Shown here: in pieces, positions 11,071 through 23,534 of the stretch
How the letters are laid out: every line of letters starts with the position of its first letter
How positions within the stretch are numbered: the first letter of the stretch is position 1
Source: Octopus vulgaris
Lineage: Eukaryota
NCBI GenBank assembly: GCA_951406725.2
Contig: OX597817.1
Span: forward strand, 162,998,001-163,062,000
Length of the DNA: 64,000 nucleotides
Direction: 5' to 3'
Notes under the pieces: model-generated
The model's database searches: none
What the model was told of the DNA's origin: nothing
What the model saw: only the letters and a program-made list of their open reading frames with translations
Position numbers and translations under genes: made by a program

Positions 11071-12460
11071 ATAAATTCTAGATGAGCTTGCTTAAGGGAA
11101 TTATTACATTCATAGATTATTTCAGTGATGTCAGGTAAAATATTTATAGCTTTATAGATGAGGCTTTTGATATAGATAATAGTTGGATAAGAGGTAAAGT
11201 AAAGATGCAGTAGGAATAATGATAATGTGGGTATCAAGTGATGAACAGGTAGCTGACACAGACAAGATACAATAATGATCACTCTGGTGTCTACAGTGGT
11301 GTTGGGCATATGTAACTAGAGGGGGAAAACTAGGAAGAGTTGAGAAATTTTAAATTCTCTTAATAAGGTTACCTTAAAGAAGAGGAAATGTGAAGGCATG
11401 TGGACTGGTGGTTAGGGTGTTGCACTTACGCTCATCATCATCATCGTTTAATGTCTGCTTTCCATGCTAGCATGGGTTGGACGATTTGACTGAGGTCTGG
11501 CAAACCAGATGGCTGCACCAGACTCCAATCTGATCTGGCAGTGTTTCTACAGCTAGATGCCCTTCCTAACGCCAACCACTCCGAGAGTGTAGTGGGTGCT
11601 TTTATGTGCCACCAGCACAAGGGCTAGTCAGGCGGTACTGGCAATGGCCACGCTCAAATGGTGCTTTTTATGTGCCACCTGCACAAGAGCCAGTCCAGCG
11701 GCACTGGTAACGACCTTGCTCAAATGTTTTTTCACAAGTGCTAGTAAGGCGACGCAGGTAACGATCTTGCTCGAATGATGTTTTTAACGTGCCATCGGCA
11801 TGGAGGCCAGCTTGTTGCTCTGGCCACGTTTCCATGCTGGCATGGGTTGGTTGGTTTGACATGGAGCTGGCTTGCAGGGAGTTGTCCAGACTCTAACTGT
11901 CTGTTGTGGCATAGTTTCTATGACTGGAATGCCCTTCCTAATGCCAACCATTTAACAGTGTGTGCTGGGTGTGTTTGTGCAGCACTGGCACAGGTGCATT
12001 AATGCAACACCAGCACAGGTACTTTATATGTGGCACCAGCACCTGAAAGGACAAGCCTGTATATGTGGAAGGCAGTGATTTTATTTAGCTTGAAGCATCT
12101 TATCAAGTACAGCAAATCACATCTTCCGGTCCTTTGTCATTTCGTCAGTGAGGCCCAGTGTCTGAAGATCTTTTCTCACCACTTCGTTCCATGCCTTCCT
12201 GGGTCTACCCCTTCCATGGGTATCCTCCACAATTAGAACTTGACACTTAAGATTCTATTTTCCATTCGTGGATTGAGTGGTGTGTTGCGCTTGAACAAAA
12301 CACTGCATTTCATGTTACTCCAGTTCGCTCAGCTCTAAATGAGTTCCAGCAATAGCTGGGAAATTAAGCTTGTGACACACTGACATCTCATTCAAGGGTC
12401 AGTGTTCTAATCTCATTCTCTTATACATCATGGAAACCAAGTTGAGCGTGACCCTTATGA

Positions 12461-12644
12461 GTCCAATTCTCTCCCCAACTTTCTCAAAACTCTCCCTCTA
12501 ACCACACAGCATTTTTAGCACCTGGATTTTTCTTTTGTTTTTTCCCATGACCCTTAGTACTCATAAGGGTCATGGGAAAAAAATAAAGAAAAATGCTGTG
12601 TGGTTATTGGGAGAGTTTTGAGAAAGTTGGGGAGAGAATTGGAC
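12461..12644. repeat. Imperfect palindrome, about 90-bp arms
   Basis: GTCCAATTCTCTCCCCAACTTTCTC...GAGAAAGTTGGGGAGAGAATTGGAC, centre near 12558. Confidence 0.88.
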
Positions 12645-15600
12645 ACAGCAGTAGAATGCTTTTATTTTTCATGACTAGACATCTTAGACATATGATAGGT
12701 TTTTCTAGGCAGCACACTCTTTCACTATTTGGTTCTCTATCACTTCATTTCTATAACATCCTCCCAAAAGTGTAATCAAATCCCAGTTACTCTTTAGTCC
12801 ACCTTTCTTCTCTATTATCAACTTGTAGTTTGTTGTCTGGCCCTTTCGAATCCTGTTCCTTTGCAACTCACTTGCACTCAAACTGTATCCTTTCTTAATG
12901 TTGTACATTTATTGACATATACTCTCCTTGTTCATTTCCTGTCATTTTAAATATTCAGTCTTTACTGCACAAGTTTCACTATCAACGTGCACCTTTCTAT
13001 AAATTAAAAACAAAACCTTTTATCATCAATAGTGATAATTTTCTTAAACTTTTCTTGACAGCATAGCATCAGTAACTACACTTTCTGTACTACTAAGTCA
13101 ATTGGGTGACCACAACATATCTATTTATTACTACTAGGAACTTGAAAGTCTGGAGGCTTTATTTCCTGTGTTAGTCATATCACCACTTGAGCATATATTT
13201 AAACAATTACTATACTATAATGCTATCAAAGATCTTCCTACATGTTTTCTGTATCCGTTGACTACACTGGCTACAAAATATTTGATTTTCAGTTAAATTT
13301 TAATCCAGCTGTTAAAATGGAATCATCTACCAATTATCACAGTTTTATATGAGGAAATGCCTACATAGTTGTTTTATATGAGGAAATGCCTACATGGTTG
13401 CTTAACTGGAGAGAAATAGCAGTCAGATCCCCCACCACCACCACCAGTTGCACTATACCATCTTAAATAGAAAGGAAGGAATTTCAACCGTATTTCGTGG
13501 TCTGCTACCACAACAGCTCCTTTATAGGATCCAGTTAGCTCAAGACATCATCAGGAGGAACCATGTCCGGTTTCGGCCCCTACTCCTCTACCGTTTTGAT
13601 GTGGTGGGGCCATCCCTTGCAGAGGTGGCTTCAGCTCTGGTGTTGGGTGCATGTCTTCTTTCTTCTGTTGCCTGGCCTCTTTGATGTAGCGTCACCGAGT
13701 GTCAGCGGGCGACTGACTGCCTCGTCAAATTTTTTCCCTTTAAAGATGTATTGGATAATGTAGCCCTAGGCATATTCCTCATAAGACTGGGTAGTCATAT
13801 CTGGAATACCTTTGATTGTAGGTCTGCCCAATTAGACCTGTTGTTGTTCAGCCATAACTAACCTATGGTTAAATAACAACTAACTTTCCTAGCTACATCA
13901 TTACCGATCACTACAGTTAACAACACACTCAGTAACTGACTATGATTATTGATTTTTTTTTATTATTATTGTTGTATTGATTTCTTGTACGCTGGCTACC
14001 ATTTTTAACAATATTCACTACCGAATCAATACTAGTTATCTTTGGTAAGCATAGGCAGGAACTATGTAGATGCCAGTTAGAAGGATCATCCCCGTTTGTG
14101 AGTGCTAGACTTAATCTGTTGGTCATTTCAACACCAGCACATGGTCCTTAGGTGCTCTTTAATACTCAGCCCAAGTTTTCTGTGTGAGGATAAATTTCTG
14201 CTTGCCTCCTGCCAGTATCAGTGGTTGTGGTAAGGGTCTTGAGTATTTCCCTTCCTTAAACCATTAAGTCACAGCGACCCTCCCCACTCCTCGAAAAAAT
14301 GTCTTACAAACTCACAAACCAAACTGTTTAATAGGAATATAGTCTCTCTTTCTGTTTGCAAATTGCTATTCCTATCAACTGTAATCTATTTTCTTATCTA
14401 GTTATCATTGATCACATTCATTGATCAGTCATTTATACTTTTAATTCATCTGAAATTATTATTATTAAGAGTCAACAACCATTGAAAAAGTTGCAAGATG
14501 CAACGAAAATTTTAGAAAAATATGTGAGTGGAAATTTTACCGGTGAGTGTGTTAAATTATAAGGCACTAAAAGACACAACAGAATATGCTTCAACACATG
14601 GACTCACAGAAAGAATCTTGCAAACCAAATCCAAAAATGAAACTATTTATGTTTTCCCTTTAAAAAAATGTGTATTGCTCTCTTTATAGGATCAGTGCTA
14701 TTACCTATTCTGTCCAGTCTGTCATATGAATTGCTTCTGTTCAATTGTCTCATCAAAACTATAGTTCATACTATCTGCATGAAGTATATCCCTTTGCTGT
14801 TTATAGTTACCAAAGTACTTTCTCAGACTTCTTCTCCTTTGCCCTCAACCGATTTACTAATATAACTTAGTATAGATTTAGTAATTAGTTTTGAAGACTA
14901 ATCACTATTTGAATTAAGAGGACTGGAATATTACTCTATAAGAATTCAGTACTGTATAAATAGTGTAGTTGCCATAACAATTATCATTGCTGTGATATTA
15001 TATTGAATATAGAATCTAATTTACAACTGAAGAATGAACTGATTGTACTTTATCAATGTGGTACAAAATGAATAGTGTGTGTGTTTTTAGTTGATTTTAT
15101 TATTTTTTTTTTGTTGATGCATAATAATTAGAAACTAGATGTGTTTTAGAGCTTTCTGTGTGTGGTCAGTTTTGATAAACTGATTGAAAAGATTGATATC
15201 TGCAGTCATCTACATACGTGCATGGACTAGATGTTTGTGTATTTGCCTACGTCTGTGCCTAGCTCTTTAGAATAAATAGAATTAGAAAATTGATTGGAAT
15301 TTGAATTGTAAGATATATGATATCCAACAGGGAATTTCAGAGAGGTTGAGAGAGATTGCATTGTAATGTGTATCAGAATTTCACTGAGTGTGTACAAGGA
15401 ATTACTATTGTCAATATATTGTTTTTATCCCTTCAATTTCATTTCTATGTTTTTAAAAAACAAAAATTAGACATAATCCTTCAATTTTTTAATCTACTTC
15501 ATGTTATATTTCATCAAACATATTAGGGTTAATTATTAGGTTAATTATTAAATTGCTAAATTCAATAAAGACAAATTTATAAAGACAAATAAATGTAACA

Positions 15601-16102
15601 TTTCCTGTCTAAACAGAAGGGCATATAATATCTTCAATAATATAACATTTTGTTATGGTGTATATTTTTGTCTGTGGGATTAGATGATAGACTTTTTCCT
15701 TTCAATTTAAATGACTTTGGTGCTCTACTAGTTTTACTTTTAACTTGGAATACACAGGGGACTCTAGTAGGATTTGGACTTTGAATATTGACCCATTAAA
15801 TTAAATTCTGCGAAACTTCGTGGTGGCCTGTTGTTTTTTGCAGATTTTTGAAAATACATGAATATTTGCTACATTTACTTACTGAAACCTACTTGATGTT
15901 CTTGAGCGATTTATTTTTATTATTGGTGTTTACTCTCATCATAATATCCTTGGGTTTGTTTTCCTGCTTAAAGCAGTCATGTTTCTAAGTAAGTTTCTTT
16001 AAATCATTTCCCATCATCCCCTACTAGCCACAACCCAAATTAACAATTTGGGATGTGGTATAGCTTTGAGGTTAAGAGGTTCACAGTGCAAACACAGATT
16101 TT

Positions 16103-16477
16103 ATGCCACTGTACAGCACCTTGGGCAAGTTCTTCTACCATAGCCATGGTTTCATCAGTATTATATAAATGGAATTTGAAAGATGGAAATTGTGCTGAAA
16201 CTTGTATGCATGATGGGTATCTTTTATTTGACTTCATAATTCAATACTAAAAAAAAATAATTAAGGCTCTTCATAATCTTACTACAAACTGCCACTGTAC
16301 AGCACCTTGGGCAAGTTCTTCTACCATAGCCATGGTTTCATCAGTATTATATAAATGGAATTTGAAAGATGGAAATTGTGCTGAAACTTGTATGCATGAT
16401 GGGTATCTTTTATTTGACTTCATAATTCAATACTAAAAAAAAATAATTAAGGCTCTTCATAATCTTACTACAAACTG
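16103..16477. repeat. Direct tandem duplication, about 186-bp unit, 2 copies, partly SINE A derived
   Basis: TGCCACTGTACAGCACCTTGGG...CTACAAAC repeated essentially identically. Confidence 0.92.
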
Positions 16478-17739
16478 CTATTTACCTACTATAAACTTCT
16501 CATTATAATGTTTAACCTCTTTCATTCTTGGGATTAGAATAACCTTTCTATTATCATTATAGTCTATCCTATTCATTCATATTTATCATTACTTATTTTT
16601 TAATTCAGTGTTAACACATTCTTTTTAACTGGATTTAATTTACTTACTCTATTTTCAGATATCTTCTTCTCACAGGTTTTGAAATAATCAACTAATTACA
16701 ATTTTTCATCTGTTTATAAATACAAATTTTTATTAATTTTATGGTTATTTTTTTCTCAGAAGTTTTAGCTAGAATTCAATAATTCCATAAAATGTGTTGC
16801 AAAACTTGCTATAATATTAATTAGATAAACTTTAAATGTGGAAACTGCCCTCTTACATTACATTAGATTGGTATTCTACGTTGCCCTTTTCAAGCCTAGC
16901 CAGGCTCATAGGCCTGGTTTCCCGGTTTCTGTAGCGTATGTGTTCCCCCCAGCTGGATGGGATGCCAGTCCATCGCAGCATTACTCAAGAAACAGGAAGA
17001 AAGAGAGAGAAAGTTGTGGCGAAAGAGTACAACAGGGGTTGCCACCACCCCCTGCCGGAGCCTTGTGGAGCTTTTAGGTGTTTTCGCTCAATAAACACAC
17101 ACAACGTCCGGTCTGGGAATCGAAACCGCGATCCTCCGACTGCGAGTCTGCTGCCCTAACCACTGGGCCATTGCACCTCCTTAGATTGGTATTAGTTTTA
17201 CAATACTCCATTGGTATTCATTATAGTTGTGTTAGTTAAAAGTATGGCAGTTTTTTTGTTTTTTTTCGCGCAACTTTAATTAAAGACCTAAGATATTAAA
17301 TTAGTGTGTAATATAAATTTGACTTACAGACACCGTAGTTGGCTAAATAGATTGTAGTTTCTATTAGTTAATATTTTAGTACTTACATTCAGTGATTAGG
17401 TTGTATAATATTATTTACTTCTTAATCTGTCGTTTGGTGTTTTTATATTACATCTATTGTAAGATATTCATTGGCCATAGAGCCATATGTTCTCTTTAGT
17501 TTTTTGCAAACGCTCCAAGATCAATTGAGCTACAGTTGCTATGAGTTCCCAGATTGACCATAATTTAAGCTTTAGCATATTCCAATTTGATATAACAGCA
17601 GTTCCAGCTATACTCTGAATATTTGGTTTTTCTGCTTTTTAGTTTGCTGCTCTAAGTTTTAAGAAACAGTTAACTGTTACGTAATGATATTCAATGGTTA
17701 TCTTAAACTGTAAAAGCTGTATGTTTTTTTATTTCAAAG

Positions 17740-17824
17740 CCGTATACGATATGAAGACCTGGAATGTGTATCTCCCATGGAAGGGAGAGAGACTCCATAC
17801 TCCATCCAGATGCAAATAGCTGAA
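17740..17824 (+). CDS. SLC25A12: Aralar/citrin exon D: (G)RIRYEDLECVSPMEGRETPYSIQMQIAE
   Basis: AAG acceptor after T tract, GTAAGT donor, phase 2/0. Corresponds to aralar GRLTLADIERIAP...PY. Confidence 0.88.
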
Positions 17825-17881
17825 GTAAGTATTTATCTTCTAACATTTACCAATTAACTTTATGTATTACTTTATCTTTAA

Positions 17882-18271
17882 CTAGCAGTATCGCCCGGTG
17901 TTGCTCGGGTTTGTTTCAACCCTTTAGAATTGGAATTTTTGAAAAGTAAAAATTTTGCATTATGTAGCTTGTTGTTCTCTTTAAGTGAACATTTTTCTGG
18001 TTGAAATACACCGCAAAATGGTGACACAGCAGTCAAAAAATTGTAAAAAATAGGGATTTTCATAAGAAAAAAAGCACCTTTTTGATGTAAATAATTTTTG
18101 GTCTTAACATGGTCCTATTTGAATTTTATCTTCTTCGGAATGAAGAGCAAGCCTTCTTCTATCACACTCTCAATTTTGGTCAACTTGTGCCGCAGAGTCT
18201 CGAGGAGATAGTGTTAGTTGAAGGCTACCAAACCTGCCACACACAGACAACTTCAGCTTTATATATATAGA
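17882..18271 (-). mobile_element. Non-autonomous Helitron-like element, family 2
   Basis: 5' TC and 3' hairpin plus CTAG on the minus strand, A|T site. Second copy at 51495-51885 (+). Confidence 0.85.
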
Positions 18272-18337
18272 TTATAAATATATAAAAAAACACTCATGCA
18301 TTATCACTGTGTAACTGATATTTTTTTTTAATCCCAG

Positions 18338-18431
18338 GAGAAAATCCGTCTTGCTGAAGGGACTGAACGTCGACCATTAATGATGGTGTTAGAAAATGCT
18401 TATCGTTTTTCTCTTGGTTCTCTGGCTGGAG
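18338..18431 (+). CDS. SLC25A12: Aralar/citrin exon E: EKIRLAEGTERRPLMMVLENAYRFSLGSLAG
   Basis: CAG acceptor, GTATGT donor, phase 0/1. ENAYRFSLGS matches ESAYRFTLGS at the start of the carrier domain. Confidence 0.95.
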
Positions 18432-19379
18432 GTATGTTTTATCTGTTTTGTCTTATTTATGCAAATCATCATCATCATCGTTTAGCGTCTGCTTTCCATG
18501 CTAGCATGGGTTGGACGGTTCAACTGGGGTCTGGGAAGCCAGAAGGCTGCACCAAGCTCCAGTTTGAACTGGCAATGTTTCTACGGCTTGATGCCCTTCC
18601 TAACGCCAACCACTCCGTGAAAGTAGTGGGTGCTTTTTACGTGCCACCGGCACAGGTGCCAGACGGGGCTGGCAAACGGCTACGAAATGAAAATACAAAT
18701 TTGAGGAACACATTTAAATTATTAGTGGTTGTTCCATCATCATTTAATGTCTACTTTTCCATGCTTGCATGGGTCAGATGGAATTTGTTGAAGCCTGATG
18801 CCTTCCTGTTACCAATCCTCACCTGTTTCCAAGCAAGGTAATATTTTCCCAAGGCTAGACATGTTTTTCACAGCAGACAGGAAATGAGCAACCTGTATGA
18901 TGTGATGTCTAAACAAGGATGCACACAAACAGACACACACACTGTGTATATATCTATAATGGGTATTATTGTGTTTATATATATGTATGTGGCCGTTGCA
19001 AACCTCGCCTGGCCCCTGTGCCGGTGGCACGTAAAAAGCACCATCCGATCATGGCCATTACCAGCCTTGCCTGGCCCCCGTGCCGGTGGCACGTAAAAAG
19101 CACCATCCGACCGTGGCTGTTTGCCAGCCCCGTCTGGCACATAAAAAGCACCCACTACGCTCTCGGAGTGGTTGGCGTTAGGAAGGGCATCCAGCCGTAG
19201 AAACATTGCCAGATCAGACTGGGCCTGGTGCAGCCTTCTGGCCTCCCAGACCCCAGTTGAACTGTCCAACCCATGCTAGCATGGAAAGCGGACGCTAAAT
19301 GATGATGATGATGTGTATAGATGTATTATGGTTATTACTGTGTGTGTGTGTGTGTGTGTGTGCGTATAATATATATATA

Positions 19380-19890
19380 ATGAAATTATTGTATACAGTG
19401 CTCAAGTACACCACAACTTGTCAAAAGTGCGTATAAAGCATATGCAGTAATGTACAAATGTCTGGAAAGTGAACAGTGTATGAGTCAGATACATGCTTGC
19501 GTGTGTATGGAGGGGAGAAAATCAGGTGTAGTGTTGGCGAATCTCAGGAAGCATGGAAGTTTTGAAGGATGCAGTGCTCCGACACCTAACAACTGATGCC
19601 AGCAGTTTGTTCCATGCTTCAGCAACTCTTAGCGTGAAAAAAATGTTTCCGAAAGTCATGGGAGCTGTGCTGTTTTCTGACTTTGTAAACATGTCCACGG
19701 GTGTTAGACAGGTGGAGTTTGAAAAGGTGCTTAGCGTTATTGTTAATAAGATGGTTAATAATTTTATGGGTGTCTGCCAAGTCAGCTGCCAGACGTCGGA
19801 GTTTCAATGTATCCATGCCCAGGGAAGTAAGGCGTTCAGAATATGGCAAATGCCTGATGGAGGGTATTCTCTTGGTAGCACGTCACTGAA
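19380..19890 (-). mobile_element. LINE (CR1/Jockey-like) 3' fragment
   Basis: ORF remnant PYSERLTSLGMDTLKLRRLAADL...TRGHVYK...RKHFF, typical of ORF2 C-termini. Confidence 0.85.
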
Positions 19891-20125
19891 TGGTATATAT
19901 GTGTGTGCTTATGTGTGTGTGTGTGTGTACTCTTTACTCTTTACTCTTTTACTTGTTTCAGTCATTTGACTGCGGCCATGCTGGAGCACCGCCTTTAGTC
20001 GAGCAAATCGACCCCGGGACTTATTCTTTGTAAGCCCAGTACTTATTCTATCGGTCTCTTTTGCCGAACCGCTAAGTGACGGGGATGTAAACACACCAGC
20101 ATGCTAGGGGGATAAACACACACAC

Positions 20126-20166
<41 letters not shown>

Positions 20167-20467
20167 TATGACAGGCTTCTTTCAGTTTCCGTCTACCAAA
20201 TCCACTCAAAGGCATTGGTCGGCCCGGGGCTATAGCAGAAGACACTTGCCCAAGATGCCACGCAGTGGGACTGAACCTGGAACCATGTGGTTGGTTAGCA
20301 AGCTACTTACCACACAGCCACTCCTACGCCTATTTGAAAATTTTCCTCTGTTTCATGTTGATGTTTAACATTTTTTTTAGATGTTTAGCTAATTCGTTTT
20401 ATACTTTATTTTCATCTTCATCTGTTACAATTTGTAACTGAAAATTTTTTCCTTTTCTTTTCACTAG

Positions 20468-20676
20468 CTACTGGAGCTACAGCTGTATACCCCATCGATC
20501 TTGTTAAGACCCGTCTTCAGAATCAACGCTCTGGCTCCTATGTTGGAGAGTTGATGTATAAAAATAGCTTTGATTGCTTTAAAAAAGTTTTGCGTCATGA
20601 AGGTTTCACTGGCCTTTATCGAGGATTGGCTCCCCAACTTGTTGGAGTTGCTCCAGAGAAAGCTATTAAATTAACA
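20468..20676 (+). CDS. SLC25A12: Aralar/citrin exon F, carrier repeat 1: (A)[69 protein letters not shown]
   Basis: SLC25 signature PIDLVK. TAG acceptor, GTAAAT donor, phase 1/0. Confidence 0.98.
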
Positions 20677-20762
20677 GTAAATATCATGTCATATTTATCT
20701 AAATGTGTGTGTATGTGTGCATGTATATCTATATATTATATATATATATATATATATTATAT

Positions 20763-20985
20763 AGGGCATTATTACACATAAATGCCACACGCTAGGGACT
20801 TTCGAAGTCATTACTACCAAAAATAAACGAATCGTACCGAATGCAGCTCTCGAAGCAAGACATTTAAAATTCTGTTTTTAAATGTCTTGCTTCGAGAGCT
20901 GCATTCGGTACGATTCATTTATTTTTGGTAGTAATGACTTTGAAAGTCCCTCCTAGCGTGTCGCATTTATGTGTACTAATGCCCT
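20763..20985. repeat. Palindrome, about 108-bp arms, 6-nt spacer, flanked by (TA)n
   Basis: Direct reverse-complement match centred on 20870-20875. Confidence 0.92.
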
Positions 20986-22455
20986 CTATATATATAAATA
21001 AATATTTTCAAGTGAAAAAATTTTCTGATTTTTTCTCTTATGAGGTTTTTCACGCTAACTACCTGATAATTTCTTGTTAAGATTTCTTAAGATTTTATCC
21101 TTAATTGTTAAATTTATATATATATATATATGTATGCAAAATGCCATTAATAATCTAAGCAGTTTTGTTTAGTGTTATATGAGGAGGTGCTGAAAAGTTC
21201 CTAGCTTTAAGGGTATTGCGAAAGGCCTTATTGGAGGCCCATCCTTCCGAGTTCTTTTACAGGGTTTAGAAAAACTGAAGGACCACTGCAATAAGTATGG
21301 GAAATATGTTGAGTAAAATCATAATTAACTGGTCCTCCTGTATTTTCTTTTACCCAAAGCCAGGCACTTTTCAACACTCCCTCATACGTCTGTAATGAAT
21401 TTTATGAAAATTCTATGTTAAGTTTGAAAAGATATTGCCTTGGTACAGTGTCCCATGAACACTTTCAGGGGTGAGGGGACAAATAAGATGTTTGGTTATC
21501 TGCTGTTAATATGGGAACTGAAATTTGCGGTAGATTTCGATTACCCCACACTAGTTTGGCAATTCAAATATATCTCATTGTAGATTGGACTTCACATCTT
21601 AACCTATATTACCACGGTCAAGAGTAGTTATTTCATCATCTTCAGATGTTATCTCTGCTAAACCAATGATGTATTTAGGAGATTTATCTCTCTTTCTCTT
21701 AATACTGTGAAGTCCTTGTTTTTAAAAGCTTCTTAAACCATATTTTAAATTCATATTGTTTTTTTTTCTTATGTACTTTTTAATAGCAAAAGACCCCAAG
21801 TACTCTGACCAAACATGAGTAGTACTCATTTAGATTCCTTCCCCCATGGTAGCTTCAAATGCTGGGCCTCAATATTGGTTTGGATCTCTCTTGGCAAATG
21901 CAATTCTTTAACATAGCTAGTACTGCTTTTCAAAGAGTGGTTCCTGTCTTCAGATCTAGAGATAGACAGGCTGTTCACAGCCTGTTGGTTTCAGGGTCAG
22001 TCTAGCAACAACTGCCACCAAGTATATATCTGTATTAAATATTTATAATGGAGCCCCTGCCCCTAATAAAAACAACAAAACATAAAAACCTACATCACAC
22101 TCATAGTCTGTCACACTTCCAAGATGTTTTGTCACCAATTTTTCATCATCAGTTTTAATTATGGGACGAGGGTCAGTAAAAGATTGTTGACAAAAAAATC
22201 AATCCCTTTTTTCCTAGCTATCAGCAACTATGGAAATGTTAACGTGTGGAACCAATATAAAAGAAATGTTCCAAAACAATGATTAGCTATATGTCTAACT
22301 AAGATGTATAGTATGCGAAATTTTGTTTAGTCCATTCCCATACACTTGTAACCCTGATGTATAATATATGAAAGTACTTTGGTGGTAATAATAGAAGATT
22401 GTTAAATAGTTTGTATGATTACACTCTATTAACATTTATTTTTAAACATTTCAGT

Positions 22456-22865
22456 GGATCTTTTCGGTTTGAACGGGAGTTTTTAAAAATAATTTCCATG
22501 TAACTAAACACTTTTAAACTTCGTATACTGGTAGAATGTGTTTATAAAACATCTTTTTTCTCTTGGGTTTATTGAGAAAATTCTATAGTTTGTAAGATAT
22601 TTGTTGTTTTTTTTCTTCAATTTCTGCAATTTCAACCAATCAATGACGTCTATTGAGGTGAAAACATTCTGTGCCGTATGAATATGTCCCTTGTTTAAGA
22701 AAAAGATTGGGTTTATTTACATTTGTGAAGAAAAAAAGATACCCTCCCCCTACCCCTAACCCTAAAACAGATTGAAATGTAATAGATCGATACTAGGGTC
22801 ATAATTATGGGTGACAATTTCATATGACACCGCTAGAAAAACTGCCGTTCAAACCGGAAAGATCC
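22456..22865. mobile_element. MITE with about 29-bp terminal inverted repeats
   Basis: GGATCTTTTCGGTTTGAACGG...CCGTTCAAACCGGAAAGATCC. Internal CCCTAA run. No TSD visible. Confidence 0.75.
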
Positions 22866-23400
22866 TCACCAGACCCATATTGGAGTACGGGATTCAAGCC
22901 TCTTCTCCTTATCTCCTCAAAGACATACAGCATCTCGAAAGAGTCCAGAAGCTGGCTACCTGCATGGTTCTTGGTCTCAGGCATTTGTCTTATGAAGAAA
23001 GGCTGAAGACGCTTGACCTTTATTCTCTAAAAAAACGCCGCCGCCGTGGTGATCTCATTCTTGCTCACAACATCATTAGTGGAAAGTGTAACCTCTTGAA
23101 AGAGCTGTTCTTCACTCCTGCTCCAGAGCGTTGGCTGCGGGGTCACTCCAAAAAGCTCTACCTGCGACAATTTCATCTCAATCGAAGGAGAGGGGCTTTC
23201 TCCGTCCAGGTTGCGGATCCGTGGAATAAGCTGCCAGACGAGATAGTGAAGATGCTGACGACCGCTCGGTTCAAAGTCTCCCTTGACCACAAGTGGCTTG
23301 AACCCTTTACATGAACACCACCCTGTACATAACTCCATGTCCCCCTACATAGCCTTGCTTTTTGATTTTTGAGCCAAAAAATTAACTAATTAACTAATTT
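22866..23400 (+). mobile_element. LINE (CR1-like) 3' fragment
   Basis: RPILEYG...LERVQK.AT...SYEERL..L.L.SL..RR.RGDLI...RGHSKKL...WNKLP. Short TTAACTAA tandem tail. Confidence 0.9.
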
Positions 23401-23453
23401 TACAAAGTTGAACTGAAAGAAAATTATTCTTGATGTTTTTTTTACCTCTTCAG

Positions 23454-23534
23454 ATGAATGATTTAGTTCGTGAAAGACTAACACAGAAAGACGGCTCATT
23501 ATCTCTGCTATCGCAAATGATTGCTGGTGGTTGT
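23454..23534 (+). CDS. SLC25A12: Aralar/citrin exon G: MNDLVRERLTQKDGSLSLLSQMIAGGC
   Basis: CAG acceptor, GTAAGT donor, 81 nt, phase 0/0. Matches VNDFVRDKF...AGGC. Confidence 0.95.

Noticed and set aside
13430-14230. Moderately GC-rich segment with short ORFs
   Set aside because: No recognisable domain or splice structure. Probably an old transposon remnant that I cannot classify.
16659-16675. 17-nt segment between CAG and GT
   Set aside because: Not a multiple of three and the donor GTTTTG is weak.
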